In this document: in pieces, positions 24,896-37,707 of the stretch | Numbering within the stretch: position 1 is the first letter of the stretch | Layout: every line of letters begins with the position of its first letter | NCBI RefSeq assembly: GCF_963506605.1 | Contig: NC_083284.1 | Coordinates: 7,254,001 to 7,318,000, forward strand | Reading direction: 5' to 3' | DNA length: 64,000 bases | Origin: Zootoca vivipara | Lineage: Eukaryota | Program-made: the position numbers and the translations under genes | The notes under the pieces: model-generated | What the model was told of the DNA's origin: nothing | The model's input: the letters and a program-made list of their open reading frames with translations, nothing else | Databases searched by the model: none

Positions 24896-25526
24896 GTTGC
24901 CAGATCTTAGCCCGTTGGCTGCCTCTTCGAAGTTCCACTTGAGAATGCGAAGTTGGAATCTTGCATTCACCCTAGATATAGTACATACACTTCACATTTT
25001 TTTTAAAGAATGGTAAACTTTATTGATTTTTGCCATGCTCATAAATTCTTATACCTTTCATGAATTTAAGAACCCTTAGGAGCTGGGGCAGTACCTAAAC
25101 CCACCATTTTTATAACTTGGTTACTTCCTTCTCCCTTTCTTGATATGCAAAATAGTTGAGTAGTTCTTGCTCACTGGATTATACACAGACCAGTTAGGCT
25201 TTGTCTAGTTATTTTATGTTTTAGTGCAGAGATTTATTGTGTGTTTCTGTGAGCTTTCCTTGTATCTTTAGAATGTTGTCAGAACTTTTGAGTGTCCACT
25301 CAAACGGGCTTGTGCAAGTATGGGTTTTCTGTTCATTTGCATTGATTGTCTGGGAGTAGATGAATATGAAATTGTCAATACTTCTTGGAATGACTTAATG
25401 AAAGGTATACAACATATAGATCTTTAAAAGAAATAAATACACATGTTTTACATTCTTGGGTTGTGTAAATCCCTCTTGGTTTAAATTTGCTTTTTTCCCA
25501 TGAAACAAAACAGAAGGTAAGTAATT

Positions 25527-25690
25527 TAGGGTTGCCATATGCCTGGATTTTCCCAGATATTGCTGGGATTCAGCCGTTGCAAATAGTGTCCGGGTGAAAA
25601 TCTGGATGTGTGGCAACCCATTTTGGCAAAATCCCTATAAAAAATGCTCAATGACTCCGGATTTTCACTTCTCGAAATATGGCAACCATA
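25527..25690. mobile_element. hAT-type MITE
   Basis: TIR tagggttgccatat / atatggcaaccata; approximate AT-rich flanking repeat. Confidence 0.75.
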
Positions 25691-27944
25691 AATAATTAAA
25701 ACCATTTCTTGGTTTCTTTCTAATAAGACACAGTGTGTTTGTGTCTAGGATGGAATTGTTGCTCAGAAAGCTAAAATCAGGGATTAACTTAATCTTCATT
25801 TTATCTACTCCTACATTTTGTGATCTAATACTTAATCTTGTTTTTAGTCATTTGGGACATTGAGCTAATGTTACAAAGGGGAATGTAGCTGTATCTTTAA
25901 CCTGAGCAAAGATAAAATGCAATAACAACATACAGGTCCTTTCAAAACAGCAGAGTCTGCTAACCTATGAGATTATTTAGAAAACCATGCATGACAGTGT
26001 TCTTAGATTCATACGAGTGAGCCTGAAGTCATAACTTTCTGTTGTGTTCCAGGATTTTGTAAGCAGCTGAAACTAACACATCTGATAGGTCCAGCTTTTC
26101 CTGTTCAAGTTGTGCAGTACTGGTAGCTGCCTGCTTCTCATCAATTGGGATATTCTCATGCCCTGCCCCTGCCTGTACAGTATCTGATGAAGTATCTGCA
26201 GTATGTGTCTGGGGCTCAATATATGCATAGCTGCCAAGTTTTCCCTTTTCTCGTGAGGAAGCCTATTCAGCATAAGGGAAAATCCCTTAAAATAAGGGAT
26301 AACTTGGCAGCTATGTATATGTCTTCTGCTTTTTGAAGTAGTTGCAGATATCCATAGCTCAACAAATAAAACCAGCTGTGCTGATTTGCTCTCTCTCTCT
26401 CGCAACCTAAATGGAAAAACTTCATGCCTTTCTGTCAACCTTCAAACCAATCAAAATGATAAATTTCTGTTTCCTAGGAAAAGGATTTTTGCTATCATTT
26501 CCTGAGAACCTCGCAAGTGCTTTTAGTTCTTACTCTTCTGGGCTAGTTTTATTCTTGGCCACAGCCTCTCCCTGCTCCTCAGAAAGCATGATCGGGTTCA
26601 GCTGCAGCTCCAAGTGCCTCACCTAATCACAAGAAGGCATAACTCATTTGCTTATATTATCATTGCTTTTTAAGGGTTTTCAAATCTTGCAACATTTGCA
26701 GAAGCATCATCATTAGAGCAGAACAAGCAGCATTCATCTGAACTGCCTACTGGCCCCCAGAAAAGTGCGGTGTTTGGCAACCAGCCTCAACAGGAGTTGT
26801 CTCAGATATCATTCTAAACCTCTTGTTGACTGTGTGTATCTGTGTACATTAAAACAAATGCATTTAGGACTCCTGGGGCGTGGGGTAAGACTGGCTGATT
26901 ATTTCTGTTATGGTTCCTTGATTGTTTCACTTGGCATTTGTTTGCTTGTGTTTTATTTGTGGGACATTTTCTGTTGTCTAATTGTTTTGCTCTTACGTTT
27001 GCGAGCAGTTCCCCTGCACGGGGCACCAAGTGGAGGGGACACAAAATCAAGAAGATCTATAATCGAGAAGATTCATTTGGGGGTGCCAATATTTGGCCTT
27101 TGTCAGGGCACCATATTACCAAAGATTACCAAAGTCTCCACCCCTGGCATAGGTGTAGATATTCAGAGTTCTTAATGTTTCTTTGCTTATTTTTCTTTGG
27201 TGGGGAAAAACCTATCTATTAGTGCATAAACCTGTAATGTCTCTAATCTCAATTTTTGTGTGTCCTATAACTTCTGTTTGCCAGTGTTATGTGTATTGCT
27301 GATCTGTTCATCTGCCTGTATTAATTTGGCTGTGACTATAGGATTAGCCCCACTGTAGTGAAATCTGCTGCTGCTGTCCTGCAAATTCTGCCAACTGGAC
27401 CCTCATTATACTAAACTTGTCCCGTATTTATTGCGGTCAGCACATTTTCCATAGTGCTTGAAGCTGAGAGCTTAGCAACTATTTGTTTACTTATTTCAAA
27501 GAACATTGTTACAGTCTAGACAGCATTACTGGAATGAAGTACTGTAATGCTGCCTTGATTATGCCATGTGAATGACAAGCAGAAAACAAAATCTGAGGAA
27601 AAAAATTGAAAAATTATTTTCTGTGATTTAGTCCAATTTACATGCAGGAAAAAATTGCTAGCTTCTAATTAATACTCCTAATTGATACTCCTTAAAAAAA
27701 ATATCCAGAAGAGTAGTTCGGTAATGTGCAGTTGAGTGGTCTGCTTCCTTGGAAACTAGCATACTGTTCTGACTTTTGGCTGTAAAATCTCAGGCCATAG
27801 AGTATCAGTGGCCAACTTTTTTGGGACAAGTGTGGCAAAGTCAATTTTTTTAAAAAAATATTAAGACTGTAATGTGTGCTGTGCTACACATGGCGATCAC
27901 ACTGAACATGTGCTCTATGCTTTGGAGGGTTCTATCTTTTGTCT

Positions 27945-28395
27945 ATTATTAATAATTAATAATAATAATAATAATACATTTTTATTTATACCCCACCCTC
28001 CCCAGTCAAAACCAGGCTCAGGGCGGCTGACACCAGTAAAATTATAATGATGTAAAAGAAAGAAAAACAATTAATTAAAATACGGGTTAAAATACAGTTT
28101 AAAGTTAAAATTTTAAATTGCAGCCTCATTTTAAAGTAGCCCAAATCAAAACCATAAGGGAGGAAAACATAGGGGTCAGACTGAGTCCAGCCCAAAGGCC
28201 AGGCAGAACAGCTCCGTCTTGCAGGCCCTGTGGAAAGATGTCAAATCCCGTAGGGCCCTGGTCTCCTGTGAGAGAGTGTTCCACCAAGTCGGGGCCAATA
28301 CTGAAAAGGCCCTGGCCCTAGTTGAGACCAATCTAACCACCTTATGGCTCAGGATCTCCAAAATGTTGTTATTTGTGGATCTTAAGGTCCTCCGC
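27945..28395 (-). mobile_element. L2 LINE 3' end
   Basis: Minus ORF ..TRARAFSVLAPTWWNTLS..FHRACKTELFCLAF; 3' UTR ending ggggtataaataaa and (ATT)n tail. Confidence 0.88.
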
Positions 28396-29335
28396 AGGAC
28401 CTTAAGATTCACAAACTGAGTCAGGATTTAGGGAAAAGTGCAGTCCTGACTATATCATACCTACATCTATAGGTCCTCCTGTTCATGCTTCAGCAAACCC
28501 CTGCTGCCTGTAACATCTGTGCCATGATGGTCCATGCCAAAGTATATTTCATCAGATACATACAGTGGCCTGTGCATTTAATAATGTTGGCTGGTTCTTC
28601 CTGCAAATGCATGTGTCTAGGATTTAAATTAAGCCTGGGCTCGGTGCCAGGACTTTTACAATGATGTAATAGTTGGGACATTTTTTTCCTGTACTTCCAT
28701 ACTGCTTTGAGAGGACAGTGTGTCTGAGCAAGTGCTGATTTGTTCCCACATAATGAATAATCATAGTTGGTTGTCACATATATGAGTTTAGGAGCAGGGT
28801 CTTCAGGTCAGTTTTTAAAATAATGCTTGATGCCAAAGAATGCTTCTATCTTACGGAAAATAGTAGTATTTGCTTAGGTTTTTATGTTAGTTTTAGAACT
28901 TGCAAACCAGCACAGAATGGGAATCTACTATAAGCAAGTTAAAGAATGGATTAAAGAGCATAATGTGGATACATGAACTACAGAGTGTAGTACTGCTTTA
29001 AATGTTGCTATGGAAATGATTGTTGCAGATTTTTGGGATACCTGCAAGGAATTGGAGGCAGAGGAAAGGAAGGGAGGATAAAAAATTCAAATGTATAGAA
29101 TGGAGTGAGGCCTCTGTGCAAGTTGTCTTTTCCTTATTCAATTGGATTTGGAGCAGTGGGAGGCAGGGAGGGGGAAGTTTGGGGGTAATTAATGTGTCAA
29201 TTTCTATAGGTGAAACCACTGCAGGAAACAGTATTTCCTCCTTGGCACTTACATGGAAACTTATTTCGTGAAGGAGCACTTTTGTAGTATGGTTGCCAGT
29301 TAAGATATTCAGAAAATAACCAGGATGGGAACCTC

Positions 29336-29661
29336 AGGGTAGGGCACCTCAGGTCTGAGGTTGAAATGTGGCCCTCCAAGCTTCTTTTTCTCACCATAAA
29401 GGCTTTCTCCAGGCTGCCACACTCCTCACCAGCTCTGCTTCACACCCTCCTCCAAATGCTTTTGCCTGGCTGGAATGTGTTTTCACCTGGATGGAGGAGA
29501 GATAAGGGTTGTTGAAATAACCTACTGTACAAACGTAAAATTTTGCATTTCTTGCGCTGCCCACTTTTGCTTCTAGCTGCACCTACCAGTGGCATGTAGT
29601 CCCTGGAAGATTGCCCAGAAGGGAATGCAGCCCTTGGTCTCAAAAAGATTCCCCATTCCAG
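29336..29661. mobile_element. Old hAT (Charlie-like) non-autonomous element
   Basis: cagggtagggcacct left end and aaaaagattccccattcc right end, with gtggccc / gcagccc subterminal motifs. Confidence 0.55.
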
Positions 29662-29724
29662 AATAAAGTAAATTATAGTCTTACTGTGCTGATGTATGTC
29701 TTTGTTCCACAATGCCACATCATT

Positions 29725-29922
29725 TCCAATGGCAGGAGCTGTTCCGCAGTGGAATTGACTCCCTCAGAAAGTAATGTACTGTCCTTCATAGGAGGTTTTA
29801 AACCAGAGGTTGGATGGCCACATGTCACGGATGCTTTAGTTGAGATTCCTGCATTGCGGGGAGTTGGGCTAGCCAGATGACTCTCAGGATCCCTTCCAGC
29901 TCTACAATTCTATGATTCTATG
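29725..29922 (+). mobile_element. CR1 LINE 3' end
   Basis: ...gatcccttccagctctacaattctatgattctatg, i.e. the (ATTCTRTG)n CR1 tail. Confidence 0.9.
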
Positions 29923-30204
29923 TTTCACCACCTCTCAATCTGTCAGCTGAGCCAATAGGCTCACATTGGCTTATGGATGTTACAGTCCTGGTTCTTCACT
30001 GCACCTCTCCTCCCAATTCAGTAATACTGTATATGGAGCCACTCTGAGTGAGTAATAAAAGAAAAGTGTCAGGCACACCCTGTAAAACTTAACTCAAATA
30101 CATTTATTTGCTTAATTTTTTAAAAAAATTACTACCATTGAAGATGCATAATAATATTGAAAGTTAACAAATTTTAACATTTAAAATGACATTCAGTGTT
30201 TTAA

Positions 30205-30545
30205 ATCATAGAATTTTAGGGTTAGAAGGGATTATTAAGAGCAGGCACCCTCAACCTGTGGCCCTCCAGATGTTTTGGCCTACAACTCCCATGATCCCTA
30301 GCTAACAGGACCAGTGGTCAGGGATGGTGGGAATTGTAGTCCAAAAATCTGGAGGGCTGAAGGTTGGGGATGCCTGCAGGAGTCATAGCTAAAAATACCA
30401 AATATATGGCTTTCCAACCTCTGGTTAAAAACCACAAATGAAGGGGAGTTCACCACCTTCTGAGGTGGTCCTTTCAATTGTCAAACTGGTCTTACTTTCA
30501 GTAAGTTATGCCTAATGTTTATCTGGAATCTTCTTTGTTATATAT
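30205..30545 (-). mobile_element. CR1 3' fragment interrupted by a MITE
   Basis: aatcatagaattttagggttagaaggg tail; body tccaacctctggttaaaaacc resumes after 30376. Confidence 0.7.
30242..30376. mobile_element. Short palindromic hAT-type MITE
   Basis: TIR caggcaccctcaacct / aggttggggatgcctg; the element forms a hairpin; related to 6571-6706. Confidence 0.85.
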
Positions 30546-32557
30546 CAAACCAATCTGTTAATCCCTGTCCAAAACATGAATTCTTTTGTATTAACATTGA
30601 GCAATTTGAACACCAGCCTTGCTGGACCTTGGAAGAAAAGACTATAGAATTAACATGCCAGTCCTAAGTGCCTCTACCTAATAAAAAATTGCAGCATGGG
30701 GAGCGTCGTCAATAGTCCATTATTGGTTAAAGAAAGATTGCCCTGAGAACGCTGGACCTTAATGCCAGGAACAAAAACAAGCAGCTTTTTTGAGGAGCGG
30801 ATGGGTGGGTGGGGGGTGTCAATTTAGTAAACTTTTAAATTCAGGTACTTTTATCTCCTCATTCTTTTCTACACATGTCTCCCTAGTAAGGCAGTTATCT
30901 TTGTAATATCACATTGGACATGGTAGTTCTATATTTACAGTAGTTTACAGATGTGAAAGTGAAGTGCAGTGATCAAGTGTCTTATCAGATGATACACAGG
31001 GAACTGACATGATGGCAAGGAACTGAACAAAAAACCCCAAGTTCTTGTAATAGGGCTAGACTGCCTTGACTGACAGAAAGAGGGAATATTTACTTTGCTT
31101 TTGTTAATTTCATTGATCTTTAACAAAGCGCAAAACTAGACTGCAGTATTGAATTGAAAAGGCTCAGATATGAAAATGAAATATTGAGATCGCCCCAGGC
31201 AAGAGTACCCACACCGCAGACTGTATTCCAGCGCTTCACAGAACTCTTAATTCATATATGGGTATGTTTACAAAACTCCACATACATAAGATTGGCTGTC
31301 ACAAAGGTAACTGGGAATGCAAAAGTTCAGATTCTCAGGGTCTTTTGGGCTAGCAGACCTTCATCACCTTGGATGTGTTTTGGCACAATGTTGCATAGTT
31401 TGGGCTTGTAGCAGTGATTCTTGTAATTTTTAGAAGCAATGATTTTGGTCTGCGCTATACGGAAGCTGCTTTTACTCTATCTCATAATGTCTTTGATGGT
31501 TCTGTTAACATGCATATGTCTCCTTCAGAAGTTTTAGAATTTGCAGAACATTGTTTGAAGCTTGTAGTCACAGTGGGAGTCTATATAGTCAAGCACTAAT
31601 TAAATCTGGGAAACATTTGCCTAAGCAAGTTGACTTTATACCATTAACATTTTTGCTGTCATTCACAACTTTGAATCTGCCAGTTTTGACACAAAATGGT
31701 TGCTTTACAGTCTGACAGTCTAATCTTCTGAATTGGCTTCCAATAGTGCTCTGCACTAGCCTTGCAGGTGGTAGAGAGTTAAGAGAGCTGAACCAAATCA
31801 GTGACAATTTTTAAAATGTTACATCCAAAAGGCTTATGTAGAATAGGCAAGAAGCTACAACCAATGACAGTTTCTGTTTTGGTTTACTGTGCTTGCCATT
31901 TGGCGAGCCAGTTTGCTGGATATTTTGCCAAAAGGGCCAGAGGTCTTGGCAAAGTGCAAGTTCATCCTTATACTCTACTCTCTTTCCCAACACTGGGACA
32001 GATATAATTGACATGTTGTGTTGTGGGATACATGATATGGCACTGACTCTGTCATTGCCGAACTTCTGATCCTTAAAAAGTTGTGCTGGCCTAGGTCCCA
32101 TTTAAGAAGGGTATGACTTTCAGCTTGTGGAGTTTGTTATGGCCTGGGTTGTAAATTGGTTTATAGATAATTATTGCACTGTGAAATTAAGTCCTCAATT
32201 TGCTCCATAAAACAGGAATTGCAGGAAAGTAGCAGTAAGCTTCCTCATTCTCTCCTGCCAGTTCTTCCTACCAAGCTTAGTAGACCAACTGTGCAGTGAC
32301 AGTGATTGTCTCCCCATGGCCACTTTAAAGACATTAAGTGAATGGCTCTAGGTTTTTGGGTTGAATGTTAATCATTAGCATGCAGTGTCTGCTCCCTACA
32401 GCAAGTGCTCTGGTTTCTAGCTGCAACAATTTCAAAATGCTAGTGACACTCCTGTCTTCTCTGTCTCCCTACCCTCTCCAAAAACATGGACTGTGATTTA
32501 TGGCCAAAGTTAGAGATAGTGAATTAAGTCCACCCTTAATTTTGAAAGTGGGAATAT

Positions 32558-32669
32558 GGTATGTATTCAACTAAGTTTTACGCAGAGTAGTCCCATTGAA
32601 ATTTATGAACATGACTAAGTTAGGTCCATTCATTTCAATGGGTCTGAGTGAAGCTGTTGAATACCACCC
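32558..32669. mobile_element. Small palindromic MITE-like repeat
   Basis: gtattcaac / gttgaatac and cccattgaaat / atttcaatggg inverted arms. Confidence 0.6.
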
Positions 32670-32848
32670 ATTATTTTTTTAGAAGCTCAGTGGGAAAGGA
32701 AAAGTATTATTAGAGTGAGACAGATCTCTTCCTCTATCCTACTTGTGCCTGTGAGGCAAAAAAGAACACGCTTCAGTGCACCCACTTCCAGGCCACTCAC
32801 AACTCGTAACTGCACAGGTTCATTATTACTCTTGAGATATTTGGTCAC

Positions 32849-33329
32849 TGTCAGAGGGTCGTCGTGGCTACTCTAGACTAACTCCGCCTGAGTCTAGTTT
32901 GTCTTCAAAGACGTTTATTGTGCTATTTATTTACAGTGTAGAGACAGCTTAAAACATGACCTCTCATCCCGAATCAGAATCCGGCAATGGCATACGCCTG
33001 TTCCTACGCCAGCAAAGTAGTCTGTGCACCCCAAAACGCCATCCCCTTGACCTGCGTTGTGGTGCTCTCCTTACTCTTGCGCCGGAAGGAGTGATGCCCT
33101 TTCAGCTTCCTCCCTAAGCGGTCGGTGCCCTGGCTCTGCAACATCCCTGAGCATCTGCCTGCATCCCTCCATCCCCGAGCTTTCCCATTGTTCCTCCCTC
33201 TGATTTCTCTCCTTCTCCGAGTCTCTCCCTTCCCCTCTGGCTGCTTCAGAACCACTGGTGCTCTCTGTACTTGACGCGGTGGACATCAGGATGATGGGGG
33301 CTGGCTCCCTGTAGGGAGTCACCCTTACA
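32849..33329 (-). mobile_element. Solo LTR (Gypsy-like)
   Basis: TG...CA termini (tgtcag / cttaca); 5-bp TSD gtcac / gccac; minus-strand AATAAA at about 32916; CpG-rich relative to flanks. Confidence 0.85.
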
Positions 33330-34116
33330 GCCACCTTCGGATTTTACTTTTGCAGGCCTCTTGAGAAGATTGGTATGAAAATCGACTGAAAACACTGGCT
33401 CTCTTGTAAACAGAGTTTGGAAAGAGCGAGATCCTCAAAATTTTCACTGTTAACAGTATGCAGTGGAGAGGTGGTGTACTGTGTGGGGTAGCATGCATAG
33501 GACAACATTCACTTAAGTAGAAGAGTTAACATGTATGTGCAATATAGAAAAGTGGAAGCTATAACTGATGAGAGGATTTGCTAAATTGTTAGAAATTTAG
33601 GCCAAATGCTGTGCATCTGTTTTTTTTTTAACCTAACCAGAGGTACCACTGTATAGGTTTGCTCAGTCTGACTCCACCATTCTGAACACTGATTTAAAAG
33701 AAGCAAGGCTGTTTCTGTTTAAGATATTTGTTTGCTCCTTTCTCATTGATAGCATGGCTGTCTATGCAGCGAAGTGTTCATTAAATCACGAATACCTGTT
33801 TACCCATAAATTTTGTAAAATTCTAATTAATGTCAAGTTATCTTGTTCTTTGAGGAAATTAAAGGATTAATTGCAATCTAAATGGGAAGGTTAGCTGCAG
33901 TCAAAGGAGATTATTTCTTTCAATTTAGTAGTAATGACTGTCCAGAATTGTTTAGCATAATCTAAGAGAGGTGGGTAACACACCCCATGCATTCTTGATT
34001 TCATGTTTTGAACTCCAAAGTCCTCTGAGAGAATCAGTTGAGGCATTGCTCCCTTTTCCTCTAGGGCTCATACTGGCCATTAGCTCTTCCCTTCGATAAC
34101 AGTATTTCCCATCTTT

Positions 34117-34240
34117 AGGCAGGTAGCCGTGTTGGTCTGACGCAGTCGAAAAAAATAGTAAAGTAGGCACCTTTGAGACCAACTAAGTTTGTTCTGGGTA
34201 TAAGCTTTCGTGTGCATGCACACTTCTTCAGATGCCAGAT
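34117..34240 (-). mobile_element. Penelope-like element terminal (pLTR) fragment
   Basis: Reverse-complement homologue of 19061-19196. Confidence 0.8.
34197..34236 (-). ncRNA. Minimal type I hammerhead ribozyme motif
   Basis: Minus strand GGCAU-CUGAAGA-A-GUGUG-CAUG-CACAC-GAAA-GCUU-AUACC: core, stem II, palindromic stem III, stem I GGCAU/AUACC with one mismatch. Confidence 0.7.
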
Positions 34241-34589
34241 ATGTCTTCAGATGCTTCAAAGCATTTTATTTAACCAACATGGTTTGCTCATTAGGTCATG
34301 TATGTCATCATAATTGTCTGCACCTGGAAACCTTGAGGGTTCAAGATCATTTGTCGGATGAGGGCAATTGCTGTAAAAGTAATGAACCTCTTCCTGATTT
34401 CCTTTTCCCTGTGTTCATCACATATATTATTCTGTTAATTCACAAATCTAAAAATTTATTACCTCATCCTGGAGCTGCTCAGTTAAATATTGTAGTGGGA
34501 TTATAAATTCTTTACAGTGACAGTGACTATTTTAGCTCTGGGATAGAGTCTAGCAGAGGAAGGTAAGGTGGAGCTACACCATTTTCTGC

Positions 34590-34978
34590 ATTTGAATGAA
34601 GATTAGATGCCTTTCTGAATGAGAGGCAGTGGCCAAATTCAAGTTAATGGGCCCTGATATTGTAATTACTGGAGGAAATTCAATCTTCTATTGGAATCCA
34701 TTCTGCTAGCTATGCTTGAACTGCAGAGCCAATATTGCTGGTTGTGATATGCATTCCGTTTACTCTCAGGGATTATGGAGAGCGCATTTGGAGAAGTGTA
34801 ATAGACCCCTTCTATATCAAATGGATTGTATGAAGAACTTCACAGGCGATTTCTTCAAAAGCATTTGAGTTCTTTTCTGACACCACTAGGGAGAAAGCTT
34901 GAGGCATTTATTCAAAAGTGTTGTCCTCTGGATTGTGAAGTAGTTCAGTTGGTTGAACAGTATTATGAAAACGACTGA
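34590..34978 (+). mobile_element. Decayed Gypsy (Gmr1-like) gag / SCAN-like remnant
   Basis: Hand translation gives DAFLNERQWPNSS*WALIL and, downstream, HLSSFLTPLGRKLEAFIQKCCPLDCEVVQLVEQY, resembling WPxxxWA and SCAN C-terminal motifs. Confidence 0.4.
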
Positions 34979-35161
34979 CTGAAGAATAAGCTATCAGAAA
35001 GTCAGGGATATAATATTTTCCTTCCTTTGTGATAAGTAAATGCACAATTACAGTACTCAAGTTCCTTTTCCATCTCTTGCCAGATTTCCCAATATTAAGT
35101 CTCCCCCCTATTTATTTATTTATATATTTTACATATCTTAATACATTGATTATACAGTCCA

Positions 35162-35196
<35 letters not shown>

Positions 35197-36573
35197 TTGT
35201 TTGTTTTCTCTACAGGCAAAGGGCTTTGTTATATATTTTAGGACACCTGGTGCAGCTAGCTAACATGATTGTTGCAGTCTCACATTAGTTTTTCCTACTG
35301 AAAACATATGATATGCATGCATACATATGTAAGCAGTTTTCAATGTGTTTTGGGCTGCCTAGCCCAATCAAGACTGGTGAGCATTGCTTCCTCCACCATG
35401 TTGTATGAATCATTCTTGATAAAAGAGAAGAAATGCTGGATTTCCTTTTTTCAGGGCAAATGTTTCCAGTCCATATGCTTAATCTGTAGTTTAGAGTTCC
35501 CCCTCTTTGTTCAAGGTAGTGGAACAAACACAACTACAAATCTTAACTATGACTGCACAGGCATTGATTTAGTAATTTTTAAATTTAAGAATAGTTTGTA
35601 GTCCAAGCTGTAGAAGTAAAATGCTAGCAAAGTCAGTGTGAGTTATGACACATATGCCATTTGTAGACGTCATTCCTGCCCTCTTTAAAGCTAAAGGGTG
35701 GCAGTCACTGTAAGGCTGCAGGTTAGTGATTATTTCTGTTCTGTTCTTCTATGAACGTTATAGAAATCATTTTAAAGGTTATACAACTTAAAAGTATGTA
35801 ACAAAGTATGCCAAAACCATGAAGTTTAGTGGTGCAAAACATCCATTGGAACTATCTGCCTGAGTTGCATCTATTTTTTTCTGTGGCTAAAAGACAGCTT
35901 GGGCCCCCTCTGTCATCTCTTGGAGGTTGCACCGCTTGTCAGTGAATAGTGAGAGGTGCTTATAACCAATGTGTGTTTTCTTGATGCTTGTTGCCTTTCT
36001 TTTCTCTAAATTTTACCTTCATTTCTGTTGCCTCTGCTTCTTTCTTCAACAATCCCACAATCCCTCCCATATATTTTTGTTTCCTTCTTTCTCCATCTTT
36101 CTCTCTGCCCCCCCCATCTCCTTTCTATTCGTAACTGAGTTCTAGTTGTATCTGTTTCCATACATCACTGTGATATCCATAATAGGATTCATTATTTGGT
36201 TGAATACAAATTGATTAACCTCTTTGGTTGTTTGTCTTTAGGTTAGACAGCACACCCCTAGGGGATGCAAATTTGTTTTCTAATATTTATAATCCTTTAT
36301 ATGAGGTAGCTATGTAGCATTTTATACTACTTATAAAGGGTTTTATGCTAGGTAAAAGACTGCAGAGAACTGGCAGAATTTTTTTGGTCCCATATATTAT
36401 TATTATTTATTAAATTTATATACCACCCTTCATCTGAGGACTACAAAGTGGTTTACAGGATACGTTTGTTCAGACATAAGAAACCATGATTGTTGTTACA
36501 GGAATGAACCTGCATTAGCCTTCGTCTTGCTCTCCTCCCCTCCCCTTCTGTTTATATGAGTAGACGGTCAAAA

Positions 36574-36724
36574 GCACCCAGCCTACAGCTCTGTTGGTAG
36601 AGCATGAGACTCTTAATCACAGGCTCATGGGTTCGACCCCCACAATGGGCAAAAGATTCCTGCATTGCAAGGAGTTGGACTAGATGACCCTTGTGGTCCC
36701 TTCCAACCCTGAAATTCTATGATC
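36574..36724 (+). mobile_element. tRNA-Lys(CTT)-derived SINE with CR1 3' tail
   Basis: Head ggtagagcatgagactcttaatc..gggttcga..cccaca.tgggc matches vertebrate tRNA-Lys-CTT; fused to agattcctgcattgc...ggtcccttccaac..attctatg, shared with the CR1 at 29725. Confidence 0.88.
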
Positions 36725-37464
36725 TATTTTTGAACCAACTACAGTTCCCCATTATGTCTTAATTCAGGAAACTGTGCTTGCTTTTAAAAGTGGATAGTTA
36801 GAAAACCTGAGTGTCAAACCATGGCACTTGTGTAGACTTATTTTCATAATAACAAATCATGGATTGTTGTTAAACATCTGAACAGGACCTTTTCTTTGGA
36901 TGGGTTTATCTGAACCAGTGTGGTCTAGATGGGTCAAATTGTACTTAAGTCATGAATTTACTGGTAAAACTAAGCTAGATACTTTTGACTATGTCTAACA
37001 TCCTCACTGATACAAATGGAATAAGTGCCCTACATAAAAAGGGTTGCCAAGGGATTCTGGATATTAAACTATGAACTTTGTGGCCTAGATAGGAGACCTA
37101 GCCTGATGAAGTTGCCATAGATCTTGTATGCTGAATCTTCTTCAGAGACAGATAGAAGCAGGTGTATGCAATAGCATGATGCTTCTGGACTGGCTGAACT
37201 TGGTATAGGGACTTTACCTTCAGATGGGTGCATACTGCACTTAGCACCAAATTCCTGCTTCTTTTGGACACCCTCTGGCCTCTAGGCTAGATTTGGATAC
37301 AGCCACTCAAGTCTCCAACAGATGCAATAATCTGTGAAGATGACCCAAAGAAAGATAGTAGAGTATATTGTAAACTGAAAGAGCAGTTGAAATTATGATT
37401 TTTTAAAATTCAACACATATTTTCTATGCTACATATCAACTTCAAAAATGCTTCCTTACATGTA

Positions 37465-37707
37465 CAGTGGTACCTCTACTTACGAATGTAATGTGTTCCG
37501 AATGCACATTCGTAAGTCGAAAAAAATTGTAAGTCGAATCCCATAGGAATGCATTGGGAGAAAAAAATTGTAAGTAGAAGCAACCCTATCTAAAAATTCG
37601 TAAGTAGAAAAAATCCTATCTAAACCGCATCCAAGATGGTGGACAGAGCTCCGTTCGTAAGTAGAAACATTCGTAAGTAGAGTTATTCGTAAGTAGAGGT
37701 ACCACTG
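37465..37707. mobile_element. pogo/Tigger-like MITE
   Basis: TA TSD; TIR cagtggtacctctacttacgaat / attcgtaagtagaggtaccactg; internal ttcgtaagtag repeats. Confidence 0.92.

Noticed and set aside
36574-36650. tRNA-Lys(CTT) gene
   Set aside because: Acceptor, D and anticodon arms are mutated and it is fused to a CR1 tail, so it is a SINE head.
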